Positions 61,288-64,000 of a stretch of DNA of 64,000 nt are shown here, one piece after another; within the stretch, counting starts at the first letter, position 1, and each line of letters starts with the position of its first letter. The position numbers were made by a program, and so were the translations under genes. Source of the DNA: Sminthopsis crassicaudata. Taxonomy: Eukaryota. The stretch covers positions 203,257,238-203,321,237 of the forward strand of contig NC_133621.1 of the NCBI RefSeq assembly GCF_048593235.1, given 5' to 3'. Under the pieces are notes generated by a model. That model was not told where the DNA came from. It made no database searches and was given only the letters and a program-made list of their open reading frames with translations.

Positions 61288-63794
61288 CTCACACTCACAC
61301 ACACCCCCAAGGAGCAAACACACGCACATAGACACATCCAAAGACAGATGGGATTTCAGCTCTCTGAGTGTGCATACCATCGAATTCCATTCGCTATGAG
61401 GCTGAGGGGGCTCCCAGCACGGGTTTCTCATCTGAGATTTGTCCCAATTGTTGCAGGCCCCGGTGCGACTCCCTCAGGGACCAAGGACAACTCTCGAACT
61501 TCCAACCCAGGTACTTCTGGTGAGATTGGCTCAGCACCCTGCTTCTCGTGTTGCCCCTGTGCCCCCAGTCCGGCGAGCCAGACAGTCGCCCGAGGGCCCC
61601 TGAAAAACCTTGGTTGGCCCACACGTAGCCCTCTGCCCCCCAGAGTTCCGCGCCTGGAGCCCTCAAGACATTTCCACTCCAGATGACCATTTCATGGCCA
61701 CTGCCTGTACATCTGATTCTCCCTTTCTCCTCTTTCCCAGGAGCAACGGGGACTACAGGAGCCAGTGGGACAAACAGAGCTGAAAGCACCACTAAGGGAA
61801 AGTCAACAGCTGGCAGCAGCAGTTCCACTGGAGCCCCTGCAGGTGACGCCCGCTTCAGAGAGAGCCTAAGCCCTGGCTATCTCTTCTTGCTACACTACTT
61901 CTTTTCTGGATATAGATATATACCTATATAACATTTTGCAGAACCAAGGGTGTTTTCCTGCTGTCACATGCATAGTAACCTTAGGAATACACAATTCCTT
62001 ATGAACCCTGTTGGGAAGAAAAATGAGAACCCAGTGGAAAAATCACAAGAGAGACACAAATACAAACAGAAAAAAATAAATTAAATAAAACAAACAAATA
62101 AATAAATAAATGAAAAGCCGAGAAGGTGTTGATTGGCCTTCAATCTGTGGAGTTCTCTGTCTGGAGGCAGATGGCGTTTTCTAACCCAAGTGGATGGGGA
62201 CTGCCTTGCCTCAGGACAGCCCTGCAGAGAAGCAAGGCTTTCCTAGACGATCATCATGCAAACTGGCTGTGGCTGGATACAATGTATTCCTGGCTCTCCT
62301 GCTTTCGCTCAGCCTCAGTTCATGTCAGTCTTTCCAGATCTGGCTGCAATCAGCTAGATCATCAGTTGTGATAGAATCATCCTATTGCATGACCTTGGGG
62401 GCCACCACTTATTCAGCCATTCCCTAAGGGATGGGCATCTTCTCCTGTCCCCCCCTGTGTGTCCCCACCAAGGGAGCTGCTCCAACCTCCTTCCATCCCA
62501 AACAGCTGCTTCCGCAGTTTCTTCCTTGCCATTGGCCCCTCTTCAACAGGGCGTTTTGCCTTTCTTCTCCGTGTAGAAGCCGCCACATCCGCTGGAGGCA
62601 CGGGGACAAACAGAGCTGAAACCACTGCAACGGGAAGATCGGCAAGTGCGAGCTCCACCTCCACTGCCAGCACTCTCAGCCAAGGTGAGCCAGTGGAAGA
62701 GCAGACATCTGCTGAGCCTTTGCAAAGGCTAGCTCACCAAATAGAGCCAAGCCAAAAGCCAACTTCCTTGCCCACAGTGAACGCTTCTCTCTGCCCTGTG
62801 GCTTCCCAATCAGCCCAAGTAGGGAAGCTCCAAAGCAGCTTAGCATTGGTTCCCTGCTCGGGACACCCATTTCTCGGCTCCAAAGAGTCACTTGCTGGTG
62901 GTCTAGCTTGACCTTTCCTAGCGCTTTGTCCTTGGCCCTTCTTCTTGGCAAGGGAGCAGAGGGGAAGCCTTCTCTTCCTCATGGCTCCATTCGAATTGCT
63001 GAGGTGTTCTTTCTTTAAAACTCTCTATATGGCCAAGGCACCGATTGAAACAGGAACCATCTCCTAAGAACGCCAAAAAAATGCGGCTGGCCAGCTGAGT
63101 CTCTTTGGCCTAGCTCTGCATTCTTCTTCCTCCACGTTTGATCTTTGCCCCCTCCTCTCCTCCACGCTCCACTTGCATCCCACTCTCCTGTTCCAAGGAT
63201 ACTCTTCCTTTCAGTCCCGCCAATGGGTCCTCTTTCCACATTTTGCTGTTTTCTTCGAGACACACAGACCCAATTCCCAAGGCACAAAAGCAGACACAGG
63301 CAAACACCCCTAGGATTTCAGCCCTCCAAGAGTGCATGTTGACACTTCCCTTCAGCATTGTGCAGAAGGTGATCACAAGACAGGTTTCTCACTTGACTTG
63401 TGTGCCCATTGTTGCAGGCCAAAGTGGAACCTCCTCAGCGCCCCAAGACAATTCTTCAAGTGCCAACCCAGGTAATTCTGAAAGGACTGCTTCAGCACCC
63501 TGTTGACACCACTCAGGAATAGAATCGGGAGGGCCCCTGGGAAACCACAGGCACACGTGATATCCTGGCCCGCCAATGTAGCCATGGGCCCTCAGAGATT
63601 CACGCCTGCTAGCCTCAAGGCATCTCCCCTCCAGGTGAGCGTTCCATGCCCTCTGCCTGTACATCTGATTCTCCCTTTCTCCTCTTTCCCAAAAGCAATG
63701 GTGACCTCAGGAGCCAGTGGGACAAACAGAGCTGAAAGCACCACTAAGGGAAGAACAACAGCTGGCAGCGGCCCTTCCACTGGATCCCCTCTAG
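857..63794 (+). CDS. MUC19: Gel-forming mucin MUC19, internal multi-exon portion (D2-D'-D3 region, linker, exon-repeat PTS region); start and end of the gene lie outside the window
   Basis: 19 consecutive GT-AG exons join in frame into VWD/C8/TIL domains. D2 has GLCG only and D3 has CGLCG, as known for submaxillary apomucin. Motifs [22 protein letters not shown] and [19 protein letters not shown] resemble MUC19 as I recall it. Gly/Ser/Thr/Ala-rich repeats follow. Confidence 0.9.
2468..2560 (+). CDS. MUC19: MUC19 exon (VWD2)
   Basis: atag|GAT...TCA|gtaagt, 93 nt; [31 protein letters not shown]. Confidence 0.92.
3650..3734 (+). CDS. MUC19: MUC19 exon (VWD2)
   Basis: ttag|TCT...TCAG|gtaagc, 85 nt; [28 protein letters not shown]. 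Only this AG keeps the frame. Confidence 0.8.
3834..3971 (+). CDS. MUC19: MUC19 exon (VWD2)
   Basis: acag|AT...TTAG|gtaagt, 138 nt; [45 protein letters not shown]. Confidence 0.92.
4415..4449. repeat. (CA)n microsatellite
   Basis: Direct reading. Confidence 0.95.
5299..5448 (+). CDS. MUC19: MUC19 exon (end of VWD2)
   Basis: atag|GA...AATG|gtaata, 150 nt; [50 protein letters not shown]. Confidence 0.92.
6050..6200 (+). mobile_element. MIR/CORE-SINE fragment
   Basis: gggttcaaa...ctcagttatttcacctgtaaaatgaggat core motif. Confidence 0.55.
6850..8530 (-). mobile_element. LINE-1 3'-end fragment (marsupial type), 5'-truncated, interrupted by a SINE; boundaries approximate
   Basis: Antisense L1 3'UTR/ORF2-end motifs (ttctgctcacttcac, ataacttgttcagccattc, ataaatatttttgcacat) shared with 16100-16450. 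Confidence 0.75.
6989..7206 (-). mobile_element. MAR1-type CORE SINE nested in the L1 fragment
   Basis: Reverse complement has the tRNA-like head (gcagccaggtggcac), the core (cagtttcctcatctgtaaaatga) and an (aac)n tail. Confidence 0.7.
8821..8915 (+). CDS. MUC19: MUC19 exon (C8)
   Basis: tcag|AA...GAG|gtgggt, 95 nt; [31 protein letters not shown]. Confidence 0.9.
9815..9941 (+). CDS. MUC19: MUC19 exon (C8)
   Basis: aaag|AAA...TGTG|gtaagc, 127 nt; [42 protein letters not shown]. Confidence 0.9.
10682..10928 (+). CDS. MUC19: MUC19 exon (TIL/E)
   Basis: atag|AA...TG|gtatgt, 247 nt; [81 protein letters not shown]. Confidence 0.92.
11170..11340 (+). mobile_element. MIR/CORE-SINE fragment
   Basis: gtgacttgggaagtccacttagttcctctagg...atttataaaatg core-like motif. 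Confidence 0.45.
12217..12267. repeat. Compound (ATC)n-(ATT)n microsatellite
   Basis: Direct reading. Confidence 0.85.
12367..12419 (+). CDS. MUC19: MUC19 exon (E module)
   Basis: ccag|T...TCAA|gtaagt, 53 nt; [17 protein letters not shown]. Confidence 0.88.
12426..13170 (-). mobile_element. L2 3'-end fragment
   Basis: Begins caatcaatcaacatttattaagtatctactgtgt...cctgccttcaagaagcttacaatcta, the typical antisense L2 tail. Confidence 0.6.
13265..13365 (+). CDS. MUC19: MUC19 exon (TIL')
   Basis: ctag|AA...AAT|gtaagt, 101 nt; [33 protein letters not shown]. Confidence 0.9.
13558..13709 (+). CDS. MUC19: MUC19 exon (TIL'/E')
   Basis: gtag|GAG...TG|gtgcat, 152 nt; [50 protein letters not shown]. 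Confidence 0.9.
14074..14212 (+). CDS. MUC19: MUC19 exon (start of VWD3)
   Basis: ttag|T...GAG|gtaatt, 139 nt; [46 protein letters not shown]. Confidence 0.92.
14973..15077 (+). CDS. MUC19: MUC19 exon (VWD3)
   Basis: ttag|GAT...AAG|gtacag, 105 nt; [35 protein letters not shown]. Confidence 0.92.
15176..15370 (+). CDS. MUC19: MUC19 exon (VWD3)
   Basis: atag|GAC...AGT|gtatgt, 195 nt; [65 protein letters not shown]. Confidence 0.92.
15835..18955 (-). mobile_element. Decayed LINE-1 with 5'UTR, ORF1, ORF2 start and ORF2 end/3'UTR but no RT (internally deleted); boundaries approximate
   Basis: Poly-T at 15835. Reverse strand at ~16560-16640 resembles the KCWRG..WN ORF2 C-terminus; 16989-17020 reads [10 protein letters not shown] (endonuclease AGVAILISDK motif). 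ORF1-like sequence at ~17400-18200 and 5'UTR-like sequence to ~18955. Confidence 0.7.
19032..19271 (+). CDS. MUC19: MUC19 exon (VWD3 CGLCG/C8)
   Basis: gcag|GGA...AAG|gtaaca, 240 nt; [44 protein letters not shown]...KDCHNK. Confidence 0.93.
19352..19508 (+). CDS. MUC19: MUC19 exon (C8-3)
   Basis: ttag|GTC...TGCC|gtaagc, 157 nt; [52 protein letters not shown]. Confidence 0.93.
19958..20320 (-). mobile_element. L2 3'-end fragment
   Basis: tcattaaacatttattgaatgcctat...ctgccttcaagttgcttaca. Confidence 0.5.
20649..20774 (+). CDS. MUC19: MUC19 exon (TIL3)
   Basis: acag|CT...GAAG|gtaagg, 126 nt; [41 protein letters not shown]. Confidence 0.92.
20990..21130 (-). mobile_element. MIR fragment
   Basis: cattttatagatgaggaaattgaggcaga core motif in antisense. 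Confidence 0.55.
21673..21814 (+). CDS. MUC19: MUC19 exon (TIL3/E3)
   Basis: acag|GT...TG|gtacag, 142 nt; [46 protein letters not shown]. Confidence 0.92.
22686..22717 (+). CDS. MUC19: MUC19 exon (end of E3)
   Basis: tcag|T...AATG|gtgagt, 32 nt; [10 protein letters not shown], completes the split Cys codon. Confidence 0.85.
23325..23357 (+). CDS. MUC19: MUC19 short Ser/Thr linker exon
   Basis: acag|AA...TCAG|gtaaat, 33 nt, phase 1-1; [10 protein letters not shown]. Confidence 0.78.
24270..26905 (+). mobile_element. Degenerate LINE-1 ORF2/3'UTR fragment with internal deletions
   Basis: NWRLNN at 24303, [16 protein letters not shown] at ~24880, [11 protein letters not shown] at ~25096, FVDDM at ~25358, KCWRG at ~26383; many stops and frameshifts. 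Confidence 0.85.
27190..27910. repeat. AT-rich low-complexity/(TA)-like region
   Basis: Degenerate TATA/TAATA repeats. Confidence 0.7.
28034..28403 (+). mobile_element. Solo ERV LTR (orientation assumed)
   Basis: TGTTAT...TTACA termini, 370 bp, near target-site duplication ggggaa/ggggag, TATA-like catataag internally. Confidence 0.65.
28683..28832 (+). mobile_element. Young WSINE1-type tRNA-derived SINE
   Basis: GGGGCAGCTAGGTGGCGCAGTGG (A box), GTTCAAATC (B box), A tail, perfect 18-bp TSD AACCAAAATGATTAGAGT at 28665-28682 and 28833-28850. Confidence 0.92.
29068..29112 (+). CDS. MUC19: MUC19 short Ser/Thr linker exon
   Basis: Pyrimidine tract, ttag|GA...AAAG|gtacca, 45 nt, phase 1-1; [14 protein letters not shown]. 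Confidence 0.65.
29127..29285 (+). mobile_element. Older WSINE1-type SINE, 14 nt downstream of an exon end
   Basis: ggcagctaagtggtacaatg...aatctggtctcagacact...gggcaagtcactta, A-rich tail, near TSD catcttaagt/catcctaagt. Confidence 0.75.
29446..29493 (+). CDS. MUC19: MUC19 short Ser/Thr linker exon
   Basis: tcag|AA...TTAG|gtaagt, 48 nt, phase 1-1; [15 protein letters not shown]. Confidence 0.8.
29753..29806 (+). CDS. MUC19: MUC19 short Ser/Thr linker exon
   Basis: ccag|TT...ACAG|gtaaac, 54 nt, phase 1-1; [17 protein letters not shown]. Confidence 0.75.
30244..30281. repeat. (CA)n microsatellite
   Basis: Direct reading. Confidence 0.95.
30990..31400 (+). mobile_element. L2 fragment
   Basis: ctccacacaactatcaaaatgatattcctaaagtgcagggctgatcatg resembles the L2 3' region. 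Confidence 0.5.
31700..32220 (-). mobile_element. LINE-1 5'UTR fragment; boundaries approximate
   Basis: Ends in ctttactctgccatcttggttctgcc (antisense L1 start); similar layout to 18500-18955. Confidence 0.55.
32921..32974 (+). CDS. MUC19: MUC19 54-nt exon, diverged paralogue of array exons B/E
   Basis: gtag|GA...GAAG|gtaatt, phase 1-1; [17 protein letters not shown]. Flanking introns align with array introns. Confidence 0.8.
33217..33318 (+). CDS. MUC19: MUC19 102-nt exon, diverged paralogue of array exons C/F
   Basis: acag|AA...CCAG|gtgagt, phase 1-1; [33 protein letters not shown]. Confidence 0.82.
33851..34119. other. Assembly gap (269 N)
   Basis: Run of N between the unique AT-rich region and the tandem array. 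Confidence 1.
34571..34678 (+). CDS. MUC19: MUC19 repeat exon A, unit 1
   Basis: gtag|AA...CAAG|gtgagc, 108 nt, phase 1-1; [35 protein letters not shown]. Confidence 0.85.
35412..35465 (+). CDS. MUC19: MUC19 repeat exon B, unit 1
   Basis: gcag|GC...CCAG|gtaatt, 54 nt; [17 protein letters not shown]. Confidence 0.82.
35690..35788 (+). CDS. MUC19: MUC19 repeat exon C, unit 1 (shifted AAG acceptor)
   Basis: cccaaaag|CA...CTAG|gtgacg, 99 nt; [32 protein letters not shown]. The ancestral AG position reads AA. Confidence 0.6.
35913..35959. repeat. (CA)n + (TAGATA)n microsatellite in the C-D intron, repeated in each unit with variable length
   Basis: Direct reading. Confidence 0.9.
35990..36420 (-). 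mobile_element. L1 3'-end fragment upstream of exon D (present in every unit; internally deleted relative to the A-side copy)
   Basis: gttgggagggaaaaagcagaac, gggattgccttgcatcact, ctcagcctcagttcagggcaagctttccag align with the L1 3' ends at 7290-7640 and 16070-16450. Confidence 0.7.
36485..36592 (+). CDS. MUC19: MUC19 repeat exon D, unit 1
   Basis: ctag|AA...CAAG|gtgagc, 108 nt; [35 protein letters not shown]. Confidence 0.85.
37234..37302. repeat. Interrupted (CA)n microsatellite in the D-E intron, repeated in each unit with variable length
   Basis: Direct reading. Confidence 0.9.
37456..37509 (+). CDS. MUC19: MUC19 repeat exon E, unit 1
   Basis: gcag|GC...CCAG|gtactt, 54 nt; [17 protein letters not shown]. 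Confidence 0.8.
37740..37841 (+). CDS. MUC19: MUC19 repeat exon F, unit 1
   Basis: ccag|GA...GCAG|gtgacg, 102 nt; [33 protein letters not shown]. Confidence 0.82.
37925..38490 (-). mobile_element. L1 3'-end fragment upstream of exon A (present in every unit)
   Basis: acttattcagccattc (34401-34416 in unit 1) versus acttgttcagccattc (7547-7562); tcagttcatgtcagtctt versus tcagttcatataggtctt (16259-16276). Confidence 0.75.
38576..38683 (+). CDS. MUC19: MUC19 repeat exon A, unit 2
   Basis: Copy of exon A with intact AG/GT. Confidence 0.85.
39417..39470 (+). CDS. MUC19: MUC19 repeat exon B, unit 2
   Basis: Copy of exon B. Confidence 0.82.
39695..39793 (+). CDS. MUC19: MUC19 repeat exon C, unit 2
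   Basis: Copy of exon C (AAG acceptor). Confidence 0.6.
40490..40597 (+). CDS. MUC19: MUC19 repeat exon D, unit 2
   Basis: Copy of exon D. Confidence 0.85.
41455..41508 (+). CDS. MUC19: MUC19 repeat exon E, unit 2
   Basis: Copy of exon E. Confidence 0.8.
41739..41840 (+). CDS. MUC19: MUC19 repeat exon F, unit 2
   Basis: Copy of exon F. Confidence 0.82.
42575..42682 (+). CDS. MUC19: MUC19 repeat exon A, unit 3
   Basis: Copy of exon A. Confidence 0.85.
43416..43469 (+). CDS. MUC19: MUC19 repeat exon B, unit 3
   Basis: Copy of exon B. Confidence 0.82.
43694..43792 (+). CDS. MUC19: MUC19 repeat exon C, unit 3
   Basis: Copy of exon C (AAG acceptor). Confidence 0.6.
44495..44602 (+). CDS. MUC19: MUC19 repeat exon D, unit 3
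   Basis: Copy of exon D. Confidence 0.85.
45457..45510 (+). CDS. MUC19: MUC19 repeat exon E, unit 3
   Basis: Copy of exon E. Confidence 0.8.
45741..45842 (+). CDS. MUC19: MUC19 repeat exon F, unit 3
   Basis: Copy of exon F. Confidence 0.82.
46577..46684 (+). CDS. MUC19: MUC19 repeat exon A, unit 4
   Basis: Copy of exon A. Confidence 0.85.
47418..47471 (+). CDS. MUC19: MUC19 repeat exon B, unit 4
   Basis: Copy of exon B. Confidence 0.82.
47696..47794 (+). CDS. MUC19: MUC19 repeat exon C, unit 4
   Basis: Copy of exon C (AAG acceptor). Confidence 0.6.
48491..48598 (+). CDS. MUC19: MUC19 repeat exon D, unit 4
   Basis: Copy of exon D. Confidence 0.85.
49460..49513 (+). CDS. MUC19: MUC19 repeat exon E, unit 4
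   Basis: Copy of exon E. Confidence 0.8.
49744..49845 (+). CDS. MUC19: MUC19 repeat exon F, unit 4
   Basis: Copy of exon F. Confidence 0.82.
50580..50687 (+). CDS. MUC19: MUC19 repeat exon A, unit 5
   Basis: Copy of exon A. Confidence 0.85.
51421..51474 (+). CDS. MUC19: MUC19 repeat exon B, unit 5
   Basis: Copy of exon B. Confidence 0.82.
51699..51797 (+). CDS. MUC19: MUC19 repeat exon C, unit 5
   Basis: Copy of exon C (AAG acceptor). Confidence 0.6.
52490..52597 (+). CDS. MUC19: MUC19 repeat exon D, unit 5
   Basis: Copy of exon D; variant T-richer pyrimidine tract. Confidence 0.85.
53461..53514 (+). CDS. MUC19: MUC19 repeat exon E, unit 5
   Basis: Copy of exon E. Confidence 0.8.
53745..53846 (+). 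CDS. MUC19: MUC19 repeat exon F, unit 5
   Basis: Copy of exon F. Confidence 0.82.
54581..54688 (+). CDS. MUC19: MUC19 repeat exon A, unit 6
   Basis: Copy of exon A. Confidence 0.85.
55422..55475 (+). CDS. MUC19: MUC19 repeat exon B, unit 6
   Basis: Copy of exon B. Confidence 0.82.
55700..55798 (+). CDS. MUC19: MUC19 repeat exon C, unit 6
   Basis: Copy of exon C (AAG acceptor). Confidence 0.6.
56491..56598 (+). CDS. MUC19: MUC19 repeat exon D, unit 6
   Basis: Copy of exon D. Confidence 0.85.
57458..57511 (+). CDS. MUC19: MUC19 repeat exon E, unit 6
   Basis: Copy of exon E. Confidence 0.8.
57742..57843 (+). CDS. MUC19: MUC19 repeat exon F, unit 6
   Basis: Copy of exon F. Confidence 0.82.
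58578..58685 (+). CDS. MUC19: MUC19 repeat exon A, unit 7
   Basis: Copy of exon A. Confidence 0.85.
59419..59472 (+). CDS. MUC19: MUC19 repeat exon B, unit 7
   Basis: Copy of exon B. Confidence 0.82.
59697..59795 (+). CDS. MUC19: MUC19 repeat exon C, unit 7
   Basis: Copy of exon C (AAG acceptor). Confidence 0.6.
60488..60595 (+). CDS. MUC19: MUC19 repeat exon D, unit 7
   Basis: Copy of exon D. Confidence 0.85.
61457..61510 (+). CDS. MUC19: MUC19 repeat exon E, unit 7
   Basis: Copy of exon E. Confidence 0.8.
61741..61842 (+). CDS. MUC19: MUC19 repeat exon F, unit 7
   Basis: Copy of exon F. Confidence 0.82.
62577..62684 (+). CDS. MUC19: MUC19 repeat exon A, unit 8
   Basis: Copy of exon A. 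Confidence 0.85.
63418..63471 (+). CDS. MUC19: MUC19 repeat exon B, unit 8
   Basis: Copy of exon B. Confidence 0.82.
63696..63794 (+). CDS. MUC19: MUC19 repeat exon C, unit 8
   Basis: Copy of exon C (AAG acceptor). Confidence 0.6.
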
Positions 63795-64000
63795 GTGACG
63801 CACATTTCCCACCCATCATGGAGCCTTGCTGTCTCTCTCCTCCAGCCTTGCACTTTGATATATCTATATTTTTACATGCATATACGGAGAGAGATAGATA
63901 TACATAAATATACATGAACACACACACACACACATACACAGATATAGATATAGATATAGATATCTCATTGTCCATTCATAGTTTTATTATGGTGGTTTGA

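Larger units (their letters stand above)
34120..64000 (+). repeat. Tandem array of ~4.0 kb exon-intron cassettes (7 complete units + partial eighth, continuing past the window)
   Basis: GTGTTGATTGGCCTTCAATC recurs at 34120, 38125, 42124, 46126, 50129, 54130, 58127 and 62126 (periods 3997-4005). Units differ only by scattered SNVs and microsatellite length. Confidence 0.98.

Noticed and set aside
34120-64000. The many 60-198 aa ORFs on both strands in the array as independent genes
   Set aside because: They arise from GC-rich sequence and read-through of short exons into introns. Only the AG/GT-bounded segments show mucin composition and consistent phase, and several ORFs are broken by intronic SNVs or microsatellite slippage in some units.
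34120-64000. CRISPR-like or prokaryotic repeat system suggested by the recurring GGGACAAACAGAGC motif
   Set aside because: The DNA is vertebrate with spliceosomal introns, SINEs and LINEs. The motif is coding sequence shared by paralogous exons, with no unique spacers.
34120-64000. Array as a pure assembly duplication artefact
   Set aside because: Units carry ordered shared SNVs, private SNVs and different microsatellite lengths. The copy number itself is still unverified.

Overview
Eukaryotic (marsupial) genomic DNA. The WSINE1-type and MAR1-type SINEs and the marsupial L1/LTR fragments point to an Australian marsupial, probably a dasyurid (inference). The whole window is an internal part of one + strand gene for a gel-forming mucin, best matching MUC19 (submaxillary apomucin family). 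Positions 857-22717 hold 19 GT-AG exons that splice in frame and encode VWD2-C8-TIL, TIL', VWD3 (CGLCG)-C8-TIL/E. Positions 23325-33318 hold six short Ser/Thr-rich phase-1 exons. After a 269-N gap, the rest of the window is a near-perfect tandem array of a ~4.0 kb exon-intron cassette (7 full units plus a partial eighth, running off the end). Each unit has six symmetric phase-1 exons (108, 54, 99, 108, 54, 102 nt; 175 aa of Gly/Ser/Thr/Ala-rich mucin sequence). Each unit is itself a dimer of ~2 kb halves, and each half carries an antisense L1 3'-end fragment. The array is strongly GC-shifted relative to a non-homogenised AT-rich border copy at ~32630-33365. Exon coordinates were read by eye from splice sites and frame continuity; repeat family names come from recognition, not from a database search.
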